The notes under the pieces were generated by a model, which was given only the letters and a program-made list of their open reading frames with translations, was not told where the DNA came from and did not search any database. A program made the position numbers and the translations under genes. 64,000 nt of DNA from an uncultured Solirubrobacterales bacterium (lineage in GTDB: Bacteria > Actinomycetota > Thermoleophilia > Solirubrobacterales > Solirubrobacteraceae), in NCBI GenBank assembly GCA_963831845.1, contig CAWHRT010000025.1, positions 16,659 through 80,658 on the forward strand. The letters are read 5' to 3'. Positions within the stretch are counted from its first letter, which is position 1. Each line of letters starts with the position of its first letter. Below are positions 9,922-19,524 of the stretch, piece by piece.

Positions 9922-10311
9922 AAGTATCCGACAGCCAGCACGAACACGATTCGCACGTTTGCGCAGTTGCGCAGACCGCGCGTGCTCCTAGCCGTGGCGA
10001 TTCCGCGAGCAGCGCTAGCCGCTGCGATCTGGTTGCGAGCATGCCGCAGGCCGACGCAGGAGTCCGCCCAAGCTCGACGGGCTCTCTGCACTTGAATGAT
10101 GCGACGCCTCGCGACACCGTGACCGCGGTCCTGGCTCGTCGCCGCTGCAGCCACCAGCTCGGCGCTGCCGCTTGTGTTGGCCGGCGGCCCGGAGCAGAAG
10201 CCAACTAAACCCCGCTTGACGGTGATGACGTGTAGGGTCGCCTTGCGGTCGGGGGCGACCAAATTCAATCGCCGAGCGGTTCGACAGGTCTCGGCAGCGA
10301 AGGGGTTCACG

Positions 10312-10704
10312 ATGACCGCCGATGAAAACGTAGCGATCATGCGACGCGCTTACGACGCGTTCAACACGGGCAACATGGACACGCTCACTGAGCTCATGGA
10401 CGAGACTGTGTGGCACTTGCCCGGCCGCAGCTCGATGGCCGGCGACTACGAGGGCCGAGGGGCGACCTTGGCGTACTTCAGCAAGCTGGCGCAGGAGACT
10501 GGAGGGACCTTCAGGGCCAAGTTGCAGCACATGGCTGTAGACGATGAAGGCCGCGTGGTCGGCATCCAGCGCAGCACTGCAGATCGAAACGGCAAGCACC
10601 TAGACGTTGCCAACTGCATCGTCTTTGAGCTCAAGGACGGCCGGGTAACCGACGGTCGGGAGCACTTCGAGGACCTCTACGCCTGGGACGAGTTCTGGTC
10701 ATAG
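10312..10704 (+). CDS. NTF2/SnoaL-like family protein
   Basis: ENVAIMRRAYDAFNTGNM..WHLPGRS..VFELKDGRV; AAGGGG RBS. Confidence 0.9.
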   Translation: MTADENVAIMRRAYDAFNTGNMDTLTELMDETVWHLPGRSSMAGDYEGRGATLAYFSKLAQETGGTFRAKLQHMAVDDEGRVVGIQRSTADRNGKHLDVANCIVFELKDGRVTDGREHFEDLYAWDEFWS

Positions 10705-11127
10705 CCCCACCGGCGCGTACGCCAGCCGAGGTGGGCGGTAGGTCGAAGCGGAGCGGGCGTTCGTCGGTTTGCCGATCACTTGCGCTGCGTGTTGGACTGG
10801 CGTCCCAGCGCCCTCACGCCAGCCGCAACGGCGAGCTGATGCAGCTCGGCGCGCGCCGCGGTCGCTGCCCAGCGGCGTCCGCGGGTGCGACCGTCGATCA
10901 CGCAGAACAGTGGTCCGGGCGCCAACAGCACCGGGGCGCCAGCCACGCATCAAGCTGTTCGAACCCGAATTGAGCGGAAGTACTTCCCGGCCGCACCGCG
11001 GTCCTCATCACTGCCGTCCGTTCGTGGAAGCAGGTCTCTCAGACCGGTGAGGCTGTCCGTTGGTCACGCGTTCGGGTTCCGAGCCGTACGAGAGCGCTCG
11101 CCCGTTGAGCCAGGATTGCTTCGCGTT

Positions 11128-12693
11128 CTATGTGTGAGAGGCTAGGCGCGGGAAGACCTGCAGCGCGATGCTTCGCAAGGCCGCGACGATCTGCTCGGGG
11201 GACGAGTTGGGCTCGGTCAGCTCAGCGGGGATCACGAGCCCGGACTGCTTTGCATGCTCGAGGATGCCGCTGCCTGCGGTCTTGCCGAGGACGCTGAGGG
11301 CCTTTCCCATCTGCACCATGTCCATGTGGAACTGCGGGACCGGGAGCGCCTCGACGTCCGGCCAGCTCGCGGGATCGCGAGGGGTCTCGCGGGAGAGCAG
11401 GTGATCAAAGGTGGTGGCGGCGGCGTCGCGGCCGGTGAACGGGTCGCCGAGACCCCATACGTTGCGGAGCGTGGCGATCATCGATGTATGTCGGTGCTCA
11501 TCGTTGATCACGATCCCCTCGTCCACCCACGGGGAGACGATGATCGCCGGCACCCGGTAGCCCGAGCGGTCGAATTTGAAGTCGAGTTGTCCCGCTGGCG
11601 CGCTCGGGTCCGGCGGGGGCACGGGTCCTGGGGGAATGTGGTCATACGTTCCGCCGGGCTCATCCCAGCCGATGAAGAACAGCGTGTTGTACGCGTTAGA
11701 GCCGTCCGGGGACGCGGCCGATCTGATCGTGTTGTAGATGCTGGCCAGGAACGCCTCGCCGCCGCCGATCGATGACGGGGGGTCCATCGGGATGTTCATG
11801 TCGTCGGGGATCAGCGACCGGCCGAAGGCAGGGTGATAGTCGCTGTGCCCGGAGAGCATGTTCGGTTCGATCAGGCTGAAGTCGGGCAGGGTGCCGTTGA
11901 CCGCGTCCCGCTCGAACTCGGAGTAGGGCACGAAGTTCGTCGCGAGGCGGTCCTTGACACGCGGTAGGTGGATCAGGCCCGTGAACGACAGGGGCATCGG
12001 TTCGTGTACGTACACCTTCCATGTGCGCCCGTGCGCCTCGAGGCGATCGAACAGCGTCTCGGCGGTGTTGTGCTGGGTCCAGTTCGACACCGGGCTGTTG
12101 ATCACGAACCCCGACGACGTCGCGGCGGTCCAGAAGGAGCGGTTCATGAACGTCTGTGAGGGCACCTCGCAGAACCAGTGGTCGAACACCCCGAAGCCCT
12201 TCGCGATCGCGCTCAGGACCGGCACCTGCTCGGGTGTGTAGCCGGTCATGATCTGCGCGTATTCCTCGTAGGTCGGCTGGCGCCCTACCTCCGCGGTGAA
12301 CGTGCTGATGTAGTCGGTCACGAACCCGTCCATCGTCGGTACCGCCCCGGTCTCGGGTGCGTTCCACGGCGCGCTCACAGCCTCGCCAATCTTGAACCGG
12401 TTGTCCTCGTCGAGGATGTTGAACAGCTGGGTGTTGGTGTGGTAGTACTCCTCGCCCGAGTCGGGGTTCGGAGCGTCCATGTCCGTGGCGACTGTGTAAG
12501 GGACCGTCTTTCGCTCGGCGCCGTGCTCGGCCCACTCGGGGATCGGGTTGCTCAGGTTCTTGCCGATGACCCCGTCGAAGTTCTTACCGTCCTCGGGGCC
12601 GTAGAGGTGCCCGAGCATGTTGTCCAGCGAACGGTTCTCGAACAGCACGAGCACGACATGGTCTATCGCGTGGGACCTGTCGGGTGTGGGCAT
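11128..12693 (-). CDS. phosphoesterase (phospholipase C/acid phosphatase, alkaline-phosphatase fold)
   Basis: IDHVVLVLFENRSLDNMLG, DHWFCEVPSQTFMNR, WDEPGGTYDH, GYRVPAIIVSPW; AAGGAG RBS; TGATG coupling to the aquaporin gene. Confidence 0.92.
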   Translation of the reverse strand: MPTPDRSHAIDHVVLVLFENRSLDNMLGHLYGPEDGKNFDGVIGKNLSNPIPEWAEHGAERKTVPYTVATDMDAPNPDSGEEYYHTNTQLFNILDEDNRFKIGEAVSAPWNAPETGAVPTMDGFVTDYISTFTAEVGRQPTYEEYAQIMTGYTPEQVPVLSAIAKGFGVFDHWFCEVPSQTFMNRSFWTAATSSGFVINSPVSNWTQHNTAETLFDRLEAHGRTWKVYVHEPMPLSFTGLIHLPRVKDRLATNFVPYSEFERDAVNGTLPDFSLIEPNMLSGHSDYHPAFGRSLIPDDMNIPMDPPSSIGGGEAFLASIYNTIRSAASPDGSNAYNTLFFIGWDEPGGTYDHIPPGPVPPPDPSAPAGQLDFKFDRSGYRVPAIIVSPWVDEGIVINDEHRHTSMIATLRNVWGLGDPFTGRDAAATTFDHLLSRETPRDPASWPDVEALPVPQFHMDMVQMGKALSVLGKTAGSGILEHAKQSGLVIPAELTEPNSSPEQIVAALRSIALQVFPRLASHT

Positions 12694-13570
12694 CAGCCAT
12701 CTCCTTTCACTGAGGGATCGCTCATTGGCGGCTCGGTCGTTCCGTCCTGTCGACGTTTCTGGGCCTCGGTGTAAAGGGCGCCCTGGGCCGCGGCCGAGCC
12801 GGACATGCCGCCGCCCGGACCACGGAGCACGTACGCGACCGCGACCGCTACGGCGCCACCCAGGATCGGCCCGGCGATATACACCCAGTAGTCGGTGAAC
12901 TTTCCCCCGATGAGATCCGGGCCGAACGTTCGTGCCGGGTTCATCGACGCTCCCGAGATCGGACTTCCCCACAACCCAGCCAAGGCGATGTACGCGCCCA
13001 CCCCCAGCGCAGCGATGATCCCGATGTTCTGCGCGCCCGAAGCCGTCCCCAGGATCACGCTCACCAGCCCGAACGTCAGGAGCAGCTCCATCCAGAACCC
13101 CGCGCCGGCGCTGTACCCCGACGCGACGTAGTTCGAACCGTGAACGGCCGACACGTTGATCACCGGTGCAGGACCAGCGCAGCCAGCGTCGCGCCGATCA
13201 GCTGAACGATGATGTAGCCCGGCACCCGACGCCACGGAAAGTCCCGCCGCAGCGCGAACGCGATGCTGACCGCGGGGTTCAGGTGAGCGCCCGAGACCTT
13301 CCCCATGAACATGATGATTCCCAGCACCATCAGCCCGGGCGCGACCACCGCCGCGGTACGACTGATCGTATTCGGAAACGCGGCCCCCATCATCCCCCCG
13401 CCAGCGGCAACCGTCACCAGAAAGAACGTCCCCAAGAGCTCCGAGAACAATCGGCGCCACTCCTGATCCGGATTCTGAAAATCCGCGATCGGCTCGATGA
13501 CGTTCTGCTGCAGCTCCGCGGAGATCCAGCCCGCGACGCCAGCATCTCCAGCAGCGACCCGGTCCGGCAC
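12693..13570 (-). CDS. aquaporin (MIP family); one frameshift near 13165
   Basis: SGAHLNPAVS in one frame and SGASMNPART in the next; joined by a 1-nt indel at ...LVLH/(A)VINV. Confidence 0.88.
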
Positions 13571-14155
13571 AAGTCCGCCCTCCAAACTCGACGATCCCGC
13601 GATGCTCAGAGCCGACCCACGCCTCAGCGCAGAGGCCCTATCACCGCCAGAGTGACGGCAAGCTAAACCAATCCACAGAAACGGGTCATCATCCAAATCG
13701 GGTGAGCGGGTCATCGGCCCCGCCAGGTCAGCTCGTCGGCGAGGACCCCAGCCAAAGCGACGAGTCTCGGATCCGCTTGGTCGCCTGCTGCTAGCGCTCC
13801 GCATCGTAGACGTGCGCTTGGTCGCGATTCCGCTCCGCGCGTCCGATCGCCGTCGGCCGAGGCGGTCGAAGTGGGTGCACGCGAGCCTCACTCGAGCAGG
13901 ATCCACGCGACTGCAGTGAGCACCGCGCGAGCGCCGCCCGGAGAACAGCTCTGGCGTGAAGGGCACCCGGCGAGCCGTCCACATCCCACGAATCGTGGGC
14001 TTAGCTCATACGTCCTCAGCCCAGGACAAGGCCACTCGGGACCAGACGTGGCGGCCCTCTCGCCCGCTCTGGGAACAGATTGAATTCGGGTTCATCGTAG
14101 GATCGACTCCGGCCCCGTCCTCAGCGGGTGCGCGACCCAACCAGTGGAGGTCCAG

Positions 14156-15067
14156 ATGGCCGAGCTCCCACCGCCCCCAGAGGGGATCGTATTGGCCCAC
14201 TTCATCGTCTCCGACGACGTCGAGCGCTCCCGACGGTTCTATACCGAAGTGCTCGGCGGCAGCCTGGCCTTTTCTGGAGACGTGACCTATGTTGCGCTGT
14301 CCAACACTTGGATCATCATCAATGTCGGCGGAGGCCCGACCGACGACAAGCCGGCGGTGACCCTGGAGACGCCACCTGATCCCGACCGGGTAAGTAGCTT
14401 CCTCAACATCCGCGTCACAGACATCGAGGCTGTGTACGCCGAATGGAGCGCCAGGGGCGCGAATTTCCTGACACCTCCCAAACGGCACCGGTACGAGACC
14501 CGTTGCTACATCCGCGACCCGGACGGTCATCTGATCGAAGTGGGACAAACCACGGACCCAGATGGCGATTGGGTGCCCGCTCACTGGCCATCGAGTAAGC
14601 CAGCGAGCGAGTCACAGGGAATTGTGTTGACCCGCTTCATCGTCTCGGACAACGTCGAGCGCTCGCGGCGGTTCTATACCGAAGTACTCGGCGGCAGGGT
14701 CGTCTTCTCCGGAAAGCCGTCCGGAGAGCCGACCAATGTCGCACTGTCGAACAGCTTCATCGTCAGCAGCGTGGGCGGTGGACCGACCGACGACAAGCCG
14801 GCGGTGACCCTGGAGACGCCGCGTGATCCCAACCGGGTCAGCAGCTTCCTCAACATCCGCGTCAAAGACATCGAGGCTGTGTACGCCGAATGGAGCGCCA
14901 GGGGCGCGAATTTCCTGACACCGCCGAAACACCACCAGTATGAGATCCGCTGCTACATCCGCGACCCCGACGGTCATCTGATCGAAGTGGGGCAAACCAC
15001 GGACCCAGACGGCGACTGGACGCCCGCTCACTGGCCATCGAGCACTCCCGCCGAGGAGTCTCGCTGA
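14156..15067 (+). CDS. VOC/glyoxalase protein with two tandem copies of the domain
   Basis: FIVSDxVERSRRFYTEVLGG...CYIRDPDGHLIEVGQ occurs twice; GGAGG RBS. Confidence 0.9.
   Translation: MAELPPPPEGIVLAHFIVSDDVERSRRFYTEVLGGSLAFSGDVTYVALSNTWIIINVGGGPTDDKPAVTLETPPDPDRVSSFLNIRVTDIEAVYAEWSARGANFLTPPKRHRYETRCYIRDPDGHLIEVGQTTDPDGDWVPAHWPSSKPASESQGIVLTRFIVSDNVERSRRFYTEVLGGRVVFSGKPSGEPTNVALSNSFIVSSVGGGPTDDKPAVTLETPRDPNRVSSFLNIRVKDIEAVYAEWSARGANFLTPPKHHQYEIRCYIRDPDGHLIEVGQTTDPDGDWTPAHWPSSTPAEESR
14180..15042 (+). repeat. intragenic direct duplication (about 14180..14595 and 14615..15042)
   Basis: Long identical DNA stretches, e.g. GACATCGAGGCTGTGTACGCCGAATGGAGCGCCAGGGGCGCGAATTTCCTGACACC in both copies; copy 2 is 12 nt longer. 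Confidence 0.95.
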
Positions 15068-15453
15068 ACGCCGAGACCACCCGCGAGACACCAACGACGT
15101 ACCGCGAGCCGATTGGCGATAGCAGGCCGGTAGGGCCGAGCCGTCAGGACAAGACGAATGCCAACAACAGGCGGTTGCCGGAATCGTCTTCGATTACGCT
15201 GCGAATCCGCCCGGCAGCATGAGGATTTGAGCGATCGGATCGGGTTCGACGCTGTCAACGCCGGAACGAGGGACGTCAGCGTTTGCGCAGGCGAGGACGA
15301 CTGGAGGAAGGCCTTCAACAATCCTGATCGCGCGCTGGCCTCATCAACTCCCCGGCGCTGACCGTGACCGGTGGCGGGCTTCAGCGATCCTTCAGCGACT
15401 CTCAAGCGGCTCCCGTCACGGTGCCCTCAACACCATCTATCAAGGAGGGCACG

Positions 15454-15978
15454 ATGAAGGGCGCGATGTTGTTGGCGGCCGCCGCGGCGGCACTAGTCCT
15501 TGCGTTGCCGGCGGGCGCGGCGACCTACCAGGTGGCGGGCAAGCAGAGGGTGATCAACGCAGACGCTGGGACGTACAGCATGACGGGCGGTCTGCGCGGT
15601 GCCTGGAAGACCACCTCGTTCGACCAGGTTGCCCTCAGCCCGTACTACGAGGCCAAGGGCACCGAGGCGTTCAAGGGCTGCATCGATCGACGCCGTGACC
15701 GGTCATGCAAGGGCGATCCTTCCGGAACGCTGACGTTCGCGTTCCGCCTCTGGGCGATCTACGGGTCTGCCGACCCGGCGTCGCTCGTGTGGGGCGCGTG
15801 CTGGCATCCCGTCGTCAGCGGGACCGGCGCGTTCGCCGGCGCGCAGGGCGTGCTCACGTTCGTCGACTCGCCCACGACCGCCGGAGTGACGACCAGCTAT
15901 ATCGGCAGCCTCACGCTGAAGGGCGGGAGCTCGTCGCGCAAGGCGCAGGCGCGCGCGACACGGGCGCCGCACTGCTGA
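15454..15978 (+). CDS. secreted hypothetical beta-barrel protein (dirigent/AOC-like C-terminus)
   Basis: AAGGAGG RBS, signal peptide ending AGA, VVSGTGAFAGAQGVL motif. Confidence 0.8.
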   Translation: MKGAMLLAAAAAALVLALPAGAATYQVAGKQRVINADAGTYSMTGGLRGAWKTTSFDQVALSPYYEAKGTEAFKGCIDRRRDRSCKGDPSGTLTFAFRLWAIYGSADPASLVWGACWHPVVSGTGAFAGAQGVLTFVDSPTTAGVTTSYIGSLTLKGGSSSRKAQARATRAPHC

Positions 15979-16290
15979 GCCGCTCGCAGACATGACCACA
16001 CGCGGGCCGGAGGACGTCCTCCGGCCCGCCAGGCCCACAGATTCGAGACGCTCCGATGACCAGCATCTGCAAGACCGACACCGACGGGGGCAGCGCGCAC
16101 CGAGTCGCCGCGGCGCTCGGGGCGACCGGCGTCGGTTCACATGACAACCGGTTGCTGGCCCGGAGATCACCCACGACACGGAGTCCGACCCGGAGCGATT
16201 CGCGCATGCAGCGTGACCCGAGCGCCGGTGCGGGGCATGTTGGCGCTTGCACCGGCGGCCAAAGTCGGTAAGGGTTGCCTGGACAACGCG

Positions 16291-18115
16291 ATGACTATTG
16301 GATATCCAGCCCCGGGCACGGAGGTCGCGGGCTATCGCATCGAACAGCTGCTCGGGCGCGGCGGCATGGGTGCGGTCTATCGCGCGTTCGACGTTCGGCT
16401 CGGCCGCCCGGTCGCGCTGAAGCTCCTCGTCGCCGGCGCGGCCCCCGAACGGCTGCTGCGCGAGTCACAATTGGCGGCGCGGCTCGACCACCCGAACGTG
16501 ATCCCGATCTATGAAGCCGGCCATCAGGACGGCCGGCTCTTCATCGCGATGCGCTACGTCGCCGGCGGCGACCTCAAGACATTGCTGCGGCGCGAGGGCG
16601 CGTTGCCGCCCGCACGTTCGGTCGCGATCGCAGCGCAGATCGCCGACGCGCTCGATGCCGCCCACCGGCGCGGCCTCGTGCACCGCGACGTCAAGCCGAG
16701 CAACGTCCTCCTGGATTGCGAGGACGGGCGCGAGCACTGCTACCTCGCCGACTTCGGGCTCACGCAGAGCAGCACCGACAGCGGCCCGGCCGACGGGCAT
16801 GGCATGGGCACGATCGACTACGTCGCGCCCGAGCAGATCCGCGGCGAGCCGCTCGACGGCCGAGCCGACCAGTACGCGCTCGCCTGCCTGCTGTTCGAGT
16901 CTCTGACGGGATCCGTGCCGTATCGCTCACGCTCGGACGTCGCCGCGATCTTCGCCCACCTCGAGGAACCCGCCCCGCGCCCGTCCGAGCGCGAGGCCGA
17001 GCTGCCGGCAGCGATCGACGGTGTGCTGGAGCGCGGCATGGCGAAACGCTCCGAGGACCGGTTCGAAAGCTGCTCAGCGCTCGTGTCGCAGGCGCGCGCG
17101 GCGCTCGGGCTCGTCGCGCGGCCTCGGTCGGCGCGGTGGCGACTCGCCGCGCTCGTCGCCGCGGTGCTCGTCGTGGCCGCCGTCGTCACGGTCGTGATGC
17201 TCGGGCACGAAGCGTCGGCCCCGGCCGCGCCGACGGGGTCGCTGACGCGCGTCGACGCGCGCACGAACCGGGTGCTCAAGCGCACCCCGGTGGGCGGACA
17301 CCCCGGCAATCTCGCCGTCACGCCGGGTGGGATATGGATGACCGACTTCGCGGACGGCGTGCTCTGGCGCTACGAGGCCGCCGCCGGCCGGCTCGAGCGC
17401 ATCACGTCCAACGGCGAGCCACGAGACTTGGCCGCGCTCGACGGCAAGGTGTACGTCGCCGCCGACGGGCGCTTCCTCTCGGGCGTGGTCTCCCGCTACG
17501 ACGCGTCGAGCGGCGTGCGCGACGAAGGGATCGACCGGCTCGCGTGCGCCGTCGCTTCGGGCGAGGGCGTGCTCTGGGTTGCGGGCTGCCCGTTCGTGCA
17601 GCGGCTCAGCACTGGCGAAGGGAAGCTGCGCGAGCTGGTGAAGGTCTTCCTCCCATTCCGCTCGCCGGCGACGGTCGAGAACTCGCGCGCGCAGTTCCGC
17701 GAGCTCGCGATCGGTGCCGGCTCGCTGTGGGTGCTCGGCGACGCGCTGGATCGCCGGATGTGGCGGCTCGACGCGCACACAGGTCGGATCCGGGAGACGA
17801 TCGAGCTCGGCTTCCCGCCCACTTCCGCGGCAGTGGCAGGCGGGACCGTCTGGATCACCGATGGGCTCAACGATCGCGTCGTCCCGGTGGACGTCGCGAC
17901 GGAGCCGCGCACTTGCCGCGGTCCGCGTCGGCCGCGGCGCGAGCGCCATCGCCGCTGGTTCGGGCTCCGTCTGGGTCGCGAACACGCTCGACGGCACGGT
18001 GTCGCGCATAGATCCCGTGACCCGCCGGGTCGTCGCGACGATCAAGGTCGGCGGGCTGCCTCGCGGCCTGGCCGTCGGCAACGGGGCGGTGTGGGTAACC
18101 GGGTATGAGATCTGA
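16291..18115 (+). CDS. Hanks-type Ser/Thr kinase with a TM helix and extracellular YVTN/Vgb-like beta-propeller; frameshift near 17901
   Basis: LGRGGMGAV, VALK, HRDVKPSN, DFG, APE; TM LAALVAAVLVVAAVVTVVML; propeller blades continue in the 17714..18115 frame (VWVANTLDGTVSRID). Confidence 0.9.
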
Positions 18116-19397
18116 CCCGCGGGTGCTGGTCGGCGTTCTGCTTGTTCTCACCGTGATGATTGCGGGCTGCGGCGACGAGGCCGAACCGCTGCGGATCGGC
18201 GTGATAACCGACTGCACAGGGATCTACCGCTCACTCGAGGACGCCGAGCTCTCCGGCGCGTCGCTGCCGCTGATCCAACGTGGCGCCAAGCTGCACGCGC
18301 GTCGCTCATCCGACGGCATCGGCACGGCTGAGGTAGCGGGCAGGCCGGTCCAGCTCGTTCGCGGTTGCACCGAGTCGCTGGAGTTCTCGGTCCTGACCGG
18401 CGAGGTGCGCCGGCTCGCCGAGGATGAGCACGTCGACGTAATCGTCGCCGCGACGACTGGCCCCGACGAAGTCGTCCTGCGCGATGTGGCGAAGCGCTAT
18501 CCCCGCGTGCTCTTCGTCCCGGTCGTCCATGGGCCGCGCGAGGTGATGCTGCACCGAGCGGCGCCCAACGTGTACCGCTTCGCCGCCGACGACGGCCAAG
18601 GCGTCGCGGGCCTCGCGGAGTACGCGTACCGGCGACTCGGCTGGCGCCGTGCCGCGATCATTACAGCCCCGTGGGACGGGGGATGGAGCGGGCGCGACGC
18701 GTTCACGGCCGAGTTCTGCGCGCTCGGGGGACGTGTGACCAGCCAGGTCTCGCCGGTCTTCCTGTTCGACGATAAGGGTGGCGAGGCGGCGCGCGTCCCG
18801 CGCGACGTCGACGGCGTCGCCGTGCTCGGCGCGTCGTCCTTCTTCCAGCCCAACGGGTTAATCCACCGACTGGCGCGGCGCGTCGGCGACCCGGCGCGGC
18901 ACATCGTCGTCGGGCCCGACACCGTGGATGAGTTCGACACGCTCAGAGCGAACGCCGACGCGCTCCGGGGTGTCGTCGCCGGCTCATACCTCGACCCCGC
19001 GAGCCGGCAGGAGTACCTGCGCGCATTCGCTGAGGCGTTCCCGGGTGTGCCCGAGCCGGTCGCCGACGGCTCGCTGGTGCGCGGCTTCCGCGACGGCGTC
19101 GAGGTTGTGCTGCAGGGCTTCGAGCGGTCCGGCGGCGATATGCAGCAGCTCCCAGCCGCGCTCGCGCATCTGCACACCGACCTGCTCGGCGGCCCGGTCT
19201 GGCTCGACCGTACGCGGCAGGGAGTCGTCACGAGCCGAGTCGTGCGCATCAGCCAATCGGGCGAGCCGACGCTGACGGCGGTGCGCAGCATCCCCGACGT
19301 CGACCAGTCGATCGGGGGGCTGATCGCGCCCTCGGCCTCGCCGAGCGACCGCCCGGCGCCCTGCCGCCGTGGGCACGCCCCGCCGCCGTGGGCCTAA
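18105..19397 (+). CDS. LivJ-type (branched-chain amino acid class) substrate-binding lipoprotein
   Basis: Lipobox IAGC, LRIGVITDCTG, PNVYRF, LGWRRAAII; overlaps the kinase stop. Confidence 0.85.
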   Translation: MRSDPRVLVGVLLVLTVMIAGCGDEAEPLRIGVITDCTGIYRSLEDAELSGASLPLIQRGAKLHARRSSDGIGTAEVAGRPVQLVRGCTESLEFSVLTGEVRRLAEDEHVDVIVAATTGPDEVVLRDVAKRYPRVLFVPVVHGPREVMLHRAAPNVYRFAADDGQGVAGLAEYAYRRLGWRRAAIITAPWDGGWSGRDAFTAEFCALGGRVTSQVSPVFLFDDKGGEAARVPRDVDGVAVLGASSFFQPNGLIHRLARRVGDPARHIVVGPDTVDEFDTLRANADALRGVVAGSYLDPASRQEYLRAFAEAFPGVPEPVADGSLVRGFRDGVEVVLQGFERSGGDMQQLPAALAHLHTDLLGGPVWLDRTRQGVVTSRVVRISQSGEPTLTAVRSIPDVDQSIGGLIAPSASPSDRPAPCRRGHAPPPWA

Positions 19398-19524
19398 TAG
19401 TTCGCGGCGCAGCGTTTCGTCGTGTAGCCACCAGTTCGTCCGGCATCACGAGCGCAGCGGCGAGCGCGGCGCCGGCATTCACGGGCTGGCGTCCCATGCT
19501 CCAGCACCGAGTGCCACCCACCCG

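Noticed and set aside
9941-9953. CGAACACGATTCG as a second SOS box
   Set aside because: The spacer is one base short and the right arm is mismatched.
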